From Desulfosporosinus sp. Sb-LF (lineage in GTDB: Bacteria; Bacillota; Desulfitobacteriia; Desulfitobacteriales; Desulfitobacteriaceae): DNA of 32,000 bases. Position numbers and translations under genes: made by a program. Positions 26,400 to 32,000 of the stretch are shown piece by piece. The notes beneath the pieces were generated by a model. The model had not been told where the DNA came from. It ran no database searches and saw nothing but the letters and a program-made list of their open reading frames with translations. Numbering within the stretch: the stretch's first letter is position 1; each line of letters opens with the position of its first letter. The stretch spans positions 53,829-85,828 of the forward strand of contig NZ_SPQR01000013.1 in NCBI RefSeq assembly GCF_004766055.1. The letters run 5' to 3'.

Positions 26400-26498
26400 A
26401 TGGCTGTGGGTTTTATTGCTATCGTTGTCATGGTCGCCGTTTTTGGAATTGTTTTTGTTGATTACAAACAGCAGCATGGAAGAGGCGGATGTAACTAA
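26400..26498 (+). CDS. Single-TM small protein (32 aa)
   Basis: AAAGGAGGTG RBS then ATG; translation MAVGFIAIVVMVAVFGIVFVDYKQQHGRGGCN; missing from ORF track due to length. Confidence 0.6.
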   Translation: MAVGFIAIVVMVAVFGIVFVDYKQQHGRGGCN

Positions 26499-26720
26499 CT
26501 CTTAGGGGATGTCTAAACATAATTTCAAATATAGTTTAACTCCGATAAGGAGCAGAAACATAACCAACCCGATTGTGAATTCGTTATTCTTTATTCTTAT
26601 AACGCACGTACGAATTACTTGGAATATTTTCAGGTCACATACCCAATAAACAATGCCATTCTCGGGCAGGGAGCGGTTTGTGGGATCTCTACCTGCCTGG
26701 AGATGCTGAGAGGAATATTT

Positions 26721-26762
26721 AATGTGTTGGCGAGAAAATAAAAATTTTCTCGTCAACACATT
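26721..26762 (-). terminator. Strong stem-loop, probable terminator of the convergent CGGC-domain gene
   Basis: AATGTGTTGGCGAGAAAAT-AAAA-ATTTTCTCGTCAACACATT, 19 paired positions with one G-T. Confidence 0.6.
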
Positions 26763-26795
26763 TCGTTTTTTATATTGAAGGGTGGGTTGAGGGTA

Positions 26796-27149
26796 TTAAT
26801 AATTATGTGTACCTATAACTACTGGCTTGCCGAATTTCCCTTCCAGTTTCGTTTTAATACCGTTGAGGTCAATGGGACAGGCGGAAGTGTTTCTAGCCCT
26901 AACTACACAGGTACCGATATGAATAGCATCTATATCTTGTAACAAATAATCAGCCATTTCCATAACTAATCCAACTTTAGGCATAACTAAACCAGGGCAA
27001 TCGCCACAACCACTGAGACCCGCAATCTGAACGGTGTCATACTTTGCAAATTCACCTTCTTTAAGCGCAGCAGCTTTAAAACACTTCAGGCAAGCAATAC
27101 AACTGACATCACGAATTTTAGTGCAGGATACAATTAGAATATTAGCCAT
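26796..27149 (-). CDS. CGGC domain-containing protein (putative metal-binding)
   Basis: KIRDVSCIACLKCFKAA...GLSGCGDCPG...IHIGTCVVRAR...CPIDL pattern. Confidence 0.82.
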   Translation of the reverse strand: MANILIVSCTKIRDVSCIACLKCFKAAALKEGEFAKYDTVQIAGLSGCGDCPGLVMPKVGLVMEMADYLLQDIDAIHIGTCVVRARNTSACPIDLNGIKTKLEGKFGKPVVIGTHNY

Positions 27150-27464
27150 TAAACAAAGCCCCCTTTATTTAAGTAACTATATTCCACAAGGACATAAGTA
27201 ATCCTGTATTTACTTAGGATATATTCAGGGGATTTAGTAACTTATTTAGGCAAGTCCTGGCAGTTGGTTTTGAATTTGTAACCGTGCAATATAAAAATTT
27301 TATGGAACAAGACCGCTGCAATAGCATTCTGTTAAAAATGAAGCAGAAAAGCTGATGAACGGCTTGTGACGTGAATATTTTGAAGACAATACTGGGCGAT
27401 TTTTAGTAGAAATCAGCCATAATGGAGATACTGTTGAAGTAACAGTTGAACTGAATTAAACAAC

Positions 27465-27499
27465 GACACATGTCAATCTTAAAGTGGTTGGCATGTGTC
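27465..27499 (+). terminator. Hairpin, possible terminator
   Basis: GACACATGTCAA ... TTGGCATGTGTC, 12 paired positions with one G-T wobble. Confidence 0.55.
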
Positions 27500-27655
27500 A
27501 TTTAGTCTCTAAAACAAATAATTTTTAAATTAAATTAAAATAAGTATGCCTTGAAGTCTAAATAGTAGTAGAATTATCGGTGTTGATTACGGAGTTTAGT
27601 GGTAGCAGATTATACAATATGCACAAGTACTATGATGAATTGTTGGAGTGATAAA

Positions 27656-28558
27656 ATGATTAACTTTAAAGAAATAGAACTAAACGACAAGAATTGGATG
27701 GAACCCCTAATTATCAAAGCTGATATGAGTGGTTGTCATCAAAACTTCACAAACATATTTGCATGGTCGGAAATCTATCAATATCGTGTTGCAAGGGTAA
27801 ATGGTTACCTTGTGGTCAAAGGGGTTATCGATGATTCCCACTATTATTTTTATCCTGCGGGTTCGGGTGATATTAAGACTGTATTTGAGGTCATGCAACA
27901 TGACGCTGCTTCTTGCGGTCATGAATTTGTATTAGCCGGAGTATCCCCAGAGAATATTGCCGTGCTGAATGGCGTGTTTCCTGATCACTTCGAGTATAAA
28001 GTGATGAGAGAAAGCTTTGATTATGTTTATCTTCTGGATAAGCTAGTCACGCTGGCAGGGAATAAACTTCACTCTAAACGCAATCATATCAACAGATTTA
28101 ATAAGGAAAATAGTAACTGGAGCTTTGAAAAGATCTCATTAGAAAACTTAGCTGAATGCTGGGAGATGAACCTGCAATGGTGTAAAATCAATTCCGGTAA
28201 TGAGGATGAAATTGCCAAAGAAAGCTGCGCAGTACGTCGTTGTTTTAACAACTTTACCGCTCTTGGCTTAGAGGGTGGACTTATACGTGTAGAGGGCAAG
28301 GTTATTGCCTACACGATGGGAGAAAAATTGAATTCAGATACCTATGTCGTTCATATTGAAAAAGCATTTGGAGAGATAGGGGGTGCCTATCAAATAATCA
28401 ACCGTGAATTTGCTGCTTTTATCCAAGAGAGCTATCCCCAACTGATTTATGTGAACCGTGAGGAGGACATGGGCTTTGAGGGATTACGAAAGGCTAAGTT
28501 ATCCTACCATCCGGATAAAATGGAGGAAAAATTCTTTGCTACCTATATAGAATTTTAA
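27656..28558 (+). CDS. DUF2156 / phosphatidylglycerol lysyltransferase C-terminal-like protein
   Basis: Acyltransferase-type sequence LAGNKLHSKRNHINRF...GGLIRVEGKVIAYTMGEKLNSDTYVVHIEKAFGEIGGAYQIINREFA...YVNREEDMGFEGLRKAKLSYHP; start placed at 27656. Confidence 0.9.
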   Translation: MINFKEIELNDKNWMEPLIIKADMSGCHQNFTNIFAWSEIYQYRVARVNGYLVVKGVIDDSHYYFYPAGSGDIKTVFEVMQHDAASCGHEFVLAGVSPENIAVLNGVFPDHFEYKVMRESFDYVYLLDKLVTLAGNKLHSKRNHINRFNKENSNWSFEKISLENLAECWEMNLQWCKINSGNEDEIAKESCAVRRCFNNFTALGLEGGLIRVEGKVIAYTMGEKLNSDTYVVHIEKAFGEIGGAYQIINREFAAFIQESYPQLIYVNREEDMGFEGLRKAKLSYHPDKMEEKFFATYIEF

Positions 28559-28598
28559 TATAAGTCATTTTTTAAAAAAGCAGATGGAGATTGAATTT

Positions 28599-29489
28599 AT
28601 GATGAACGTAGTCAGACTAGCCCAAGAAGGTGAGACAGTTTGTCAAAAAGAACTTTGGAAACGTTGCTTTGGGGATCCTGACAGTTATATCGATTTCTAC
28701 TATGCCAATCGGTACAAAGAGGACGAAACTGCAGTATTGCTTCATGGTGGAGAGATTCTGGCCATGCTTACGAGAATACCTGTTGAAACGATGACACCGG
28801 ATAAACGAAGCTTTAACACAGTCATGCTCTACGCTATCGCAACACACCCAGAATACCAGCGAAGAGGTTTTGCTACTCAATTAATAGATTTTAGCAACGA
28901 ATATCTTAGGTCAGGGAAGAAGGAACTTTCTGTTCTAGTCCCAGCCAATAGGCAACTTGCTGATTTTTATCGAAAACAAGGATACCAGGATGGATTCTAC
29001 CTTAGGGAGTCCTTACTTAGTCGCGAGGGGGTAGATAGATTACCAATCCATAAATCGTGCCATTGCACGATCACATCGGTAACTCCCGAAGAGTATAATC
29101 GCAGACGGAATAAACAACTGAGTGGTAGACTCTTTATTTCGTATGCTGATGGAGATATTGCCTATCAGAAAAAACTGTCACAAAAGTCTGGAGCGGACAT
29201 CTATGCTGTAGACATTGAAGAAATAAAGGGCTGTTTAGCAGTTGAAAGACTGCCTTCTGACACGGCGCTCATCAAGGAAATCTTACTCCCAGAGGATTTA
29301 ATGAATGTGGCTATCCAACAGATAGTAAAACAACTGCCTGCCAAGGAATATGTACTGCGCACACCTCCCCATTTAGCCGAGCATTTAGGGGGTTCCGTTC
29401 GCCCTTTTGGAATGATTAGGGCACATAGAGAAATCGATTGGGTGATAACACCAGAAGATTTAGGATATCTGGGATTTGCATTCGATTAG
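28599..29489 (+). CDS. GNAT family N-acetyltransferase (Eis-like)
   Basis: AIATHPEYQRRGFATQLIDF acetyl-CoA binding motif plus C-terminal sterol-carrier-like tail (LPAKEYVLRTPPHLAEHLGGSVRPFGMIR). Confidence 0.88.
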   Translation: MMNVVRLAQEGETVCQKELWKRCFGDPDSYIDFYYANRYKEDETAVLLHGGEILAMLTRIPVETMTPDKRSFNTVMLYAIATHPEYQRRGFATQLIDFSNEYLRSGKKELSVLVPANRQLADFYRKQGYQDGFYLRESLLSREGVDRLPIHKSCHCTITSVTPEEYNRRRNKQLSGRLFISYADGDIAYQKKLSQKSGADIYAVDIEEIKGCLAVERLPSDTALIKEILLPEDLMNVAIQQIVKQLPAKEYVLRTPPHLAEHLGGSVRPFGMIRAHREIDWVITPEDLGYLGFAFD

Positions 29490-29540
29490 TAATACTCGCT
29501 CAAAGCCTAAGTCAGCTAGAGGGGAGATCGGTAAGATTTT

Positions 29541-29564
29541 GGAGAGACGCGTGCTCTCCTTTTT
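29541..29564 (+). terminator. Terminator after GNAT gene
   Basis: GGAGAG-ACGCGTG-CTCTCC followed by TTTTT. Confidence 0.82.
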
Positions 29565-29795
29565 GATGTATAAATCTAAGATATCACCGATTTATTCAGA
29601 GAGGCCAACGGACGGATAGAGAAGGGTCGCTGTCCACAGTTATCTAGGAGTATGGCATTGTCCATGGAACGACATAATCTATGACAAAGAATGACGAGAG
29701 GGGCGGGACAAACTCCATATTGATGAGATGGAAAATCCACTTATGGGAAGGCCTTTGGGAAGACATACTTGCCTGAATAGATACACTAGGTATTT

Positions 29796-29828
29796 AGGAA
29801 CTGCTTAACCGGTAGTTCCTTTCTTCTT
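29796..29828 (+). terminator. Hairpin with T-rich tail upstream of the TerB-type operon
   Basis: AGGAACT...AGTTCCT followed by TTCTTCTT. Confidence 0.5.
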
Positions 29829-29867
29829 AAAAAACGTGGCCGTCCACATACTGTCGGAATGAATTAA

Positions 29868-29876
29868 TGCTATAAT
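29868..29876 (+). promoter_or_regulatory. Extended -10 promoter candidate
   Basis: TGCTATAAT, about 57 bp upstream of the 29934 start. Confidence 0.5.
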
Positions 29877-29933
29877 TATTAGACAGGGCTGAACACGGGC
29901 GGAACTCTACGAATAGAAGGGCGAAGGACTGGA

Positions 29934-31655
29934 ATGATCGATAAACTATTGGACACGTTGGAAAGGTTTAATCTCAAACGGGCGTCTGAACTTATTAATA
30001 ACAAAACATCTCACCCGCACCCCGCCGGAGATTTATTCTATGATACTGAAACCCTGATTCTGCCAGAATACCAACATGTCAAAACTCCGCTGCCAGTTAA
30101 AGAATTTCTGGAAGATATTAAAGGAATGACACTCGGATGTGCGGATTTTCCAAGAGATAATCTTAAGTTTTGCCAGGATTCCTTGGCCTATTCTAGGCAA
30201 CAGAAGACGCAGGGAAAACCAGTAAAGCCTGTTTTTATTAGGATTCACGAGATCTTATTTGAAGCCCTCAATAACGCCCAAAAGGAATGGTATTTCTACT
30301 GGAGAAAAGAAGTTTTGAGGGGTAACTATTTAAGTACAGATTCAGGCTGCGTTTTCATTTTTGTTTACGAATTATTAAATTACACATTTAACGAAAATGC
30401 AGCGTTTAATTTAAGTATGTTGGATCGGGTTTGCCTAAATTATCAGGCTAGGCATTGTAATTTAGGTCGTTTTCTACCACGCTGGATTTCCGATTTTTGC
30501 TATGAGTTAGGGGAATATGACCTTGAAAAGAAGTGGACTTCCAGGATACGAAACTGTGAATTCTCTGATTATGAGATCCTCAAACAATTTGAGAACAAAC
30601 TGGAGACAGTTTCTATTACCTTTTGGAAGCGATTTATCAGATCTAATAAAACGAATTTCTTCAAAACAAATAGAAATTTCGTTTATAAAGTCTTCAAGTC
30701 TTCAGTTGCGCTCCTGGAAAATGAGTATCAAGCTCAAGGTAAAAATCTCATAGATGCATGGATATTGCTTAATGAGAAGGATAGTTTTGAACGTCGATTA
30801 TTCCCCAATGCGTTGATAGGCCGTAAGGTTAAAAATAAACCAGAGGCTTTACGAATTCCAACGCTAAAAATGAGAGAAGACCTTACGGCCTTATTTCGTT
30901 TGGCAGAAAACATTGCCAGAGTAAAAGCAGGGGAAAAACGCCAATTAAACGTCGATGAAACACTCTTCCCAGAGGGATTTAAAGATACGCTCTTAGAGTT
31001 GTTTCAGGATAAAGCGCAACCTTCATTAATGTTTGGAAGTCGCTTTGTAAAAGCCCAAAATAAAGGATCGATGGGCTTGGGTAGCTCGATTCCAGAGCCT
31101 CCGGAAACTTTGGAACAAGGTGTGGCGACAATTCCTCTTATTGAGTTTGATTTAGAGCGAATTGATACGTTGGATAAGGAAAGCAAGGAGTTATTAGAGA
31201 TTTTTGCTCTCCGATATGATGAAGAAGAGGAAGTTGATCATCACGATAAATTAGATTTGGAACGAGGGAATAAATTCCTCGAATTGATGAGCATCTCGGA
31301 GAAGGTTAAGAAGGCGAAGGAATCGGAGTCAAGGCGGAAAGAAAAAGAAAAACCCATAAATAGTTTGGCTTCGGTGTTCAAGGATGGAAATTCCGAGGAT
31401 GTTGAGCCCTTCGTGGCCGAATTAACTGAGTTGGAGCGCGATTTTCTCCTTGGGTTCAAAGATCTAATCAGGGTCAAGCAAGAGGGGATAAACTACCTCA
31501 AAACTCGTGGGACCATGATGGGGGTCTTTATCAATACCCTTAATGAGAAATCGTTAGATCATTTAGGGGACAACCTCCTAGAACAAGAGGGAGACGTTAT
31601 AGTGTTCAATGAAGATTTCAAGCAAGTACTTCTTAAACTTGCTGAGGAGGTATAG
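29934..31655 (+). CDS. TerB_N/TerB_C-domain protein, Shango SngA-like
   Basis: TerB_N-like core AQKEWYFYWRKEVLRGNYLSTDSGCVFIFVYELLNYTF; TerB_C-like end GVFINTLNEKSLDHLGDNLLEQEGDVIVFNEDF; next gene is a BREX-type ATPase. Confidence 0.75.
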   Translation: MIDKLLDTLERFNLKRASELINNKTSHPHPAGDLFYDTETLILPEYQHVKTPLPVKEFLEDIKGMTLGCADFPRDNLKFCQDSLAYSRQQKTQGKPVKPVFIRIHEILFEALNNAQKEWYFYWRKEVLRGNYLSTDSGCVFIFVYELLNYTFNENAAFNLSMLDRVCLNYQARHCNLGRFLPRWISDFCYELGEYDLEKKWTSRIRNCEFSDYEILKQFENKLETVSITFWKRFIRSNKTNFFKTNRNFVYKVFKSSVALLENEYQAQGKNLIDAWILLNEKDSFERRLFPNALIGRKVKNKPEALRIPTLKMREDLTALFRLAENIARVKAGEKRQLNVDETLFPEGFKDTLLELFQDKAQPSLMFGSRFVKAQNKGSMGLGSSIPEPPETLEQGVATIPLIEFDLERIDTLDKESKELLEIFALRYDEEEEVDHHDKLDLERGNKFLELMSISEKVKKAKESESRRKEKEKPINSLASVFKDGNSEDVEPFVAELTELERDFLLGFKDLIRVKQEGINYLKTRGTMMGVFINTLNEKSLDHLGDNLLEQEGDVIVFNEDFKQVLLKLAEEV

Positions 31656-31659
31656 GTAC

Positions 31660-32000
31660 GTGGTAGGAAAACTTCGTAAAAAGGATTCCACAGCAATTCT
31701 AAACTCGCTTTATGGGGGAGTCGTGCCCAATCGGGGTCTGGAACATATTATGGTCGGTCGTAAAGAAGAGGCTACTCAGATTCTGAACGATTTAGAGACC
31801 GTGAAGGACGGAGCCTCAATTATTAAATTTATTATTGGACCCTTTGGCTCGGGTAAGACTTTTCTGCAAGCCCTAATCCAACAAGTTGCTTTCAGCGAAA
31901 AGTTCGTGGTCGGCAAGGTTGATTTTGATGCTAATCGCCGACTTTACGGCTCTGAGGGTAAGTCAGTGGCTACTTATTCGGAAATGATGAAAAATCTAGC
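31660..32000 (+). CDS. BREX-type ATP-binding protein (DUF2791-like), Shango SngB-like, truncated by the window end
   Basis: GTG start behind GAGGAGGT; translation VGKLRKKDSTAILNSLYGGVVPNRGLEHIMVGRKEEATQILNDLETVKDGASIIKFIIGPFGSGKTFLQALIQQVAFSEKFVVGKVDFDANRRLYGSEGKSVATYSEMMKNL; Walker A GPFGSGKT. Confidence 0.82.
   Translation, partial: MVGKLRKKDSTAILNSLYGGVVPNRGLEHIMVGRKEEATQILNDLETVKDGASIIKFIIGPFGSGKTFLQALIQQVAFSEKFVVGKVDFDANRRLYGSEGKSVATYSEMMKNL

Noticed and set aside
27367-27369. In-frame TGA as a selenocysteine codon
   Set aside because: There is also an in-frame TAG upstream, no start codon with RBS, and no selenoprotein family match; gene decay is simpler.
1-32000. CRISPR arrays, insertion sequences, integrases or large direct repeats
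   Set aside because: No repeat-spacer periodicity, transposase or integrase motifs were seen when reading the window; a computational repeat search was not possible.

Overview
This 32 kb window looks like a chromosomal segment of an anaerobic Firmicute, Desulfosporosinus/Desulfitobacterium-like judging only by gene content. Most of it is ordinary housekeeping: RluA-type pseudouridine synthase, NUDIX, MFS, rubrerythrin, M24 peptidase, universal stress protein, a ctsR-mcsA-mcsB-clpC-radA-like cluster with a CtsR box, two tRNAs, HesB/IscA-like and rubredoxin proteins. The parts worth most attention are: (1) an hgcAB pair (14191..15520), the mercury-methylation genes, with the diagnostic NVWCAAGK cap-helix motif in HgcA, the CMECGACVKNCP ferredoxin motif and a C-terminal CC pair in HgcB; (2) a DsrE-like / double-cubane-type 2-hydroxyacyl-CoA dehydratase-family / ATPase-activase operon (16357..18730) behind an imperfect palindrome; (3) a sigma-54 two-component system divergent from a near-consensus -24/-12 promoter with a perfect 11-bp palindrome, reading toward a Zn-finger-like small protein, a TauE/SafE-type permease and a second membrane protein; (4) the left end of a probable Shango-like anti-phage operon (TerB_N/TerB_C protein followed by a BREX-type P-loop ATPase) cut by the window edge. 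None of these can be proven novel from sequence alone. No CRISPR arrays, transposases or rRNAs were recognised.
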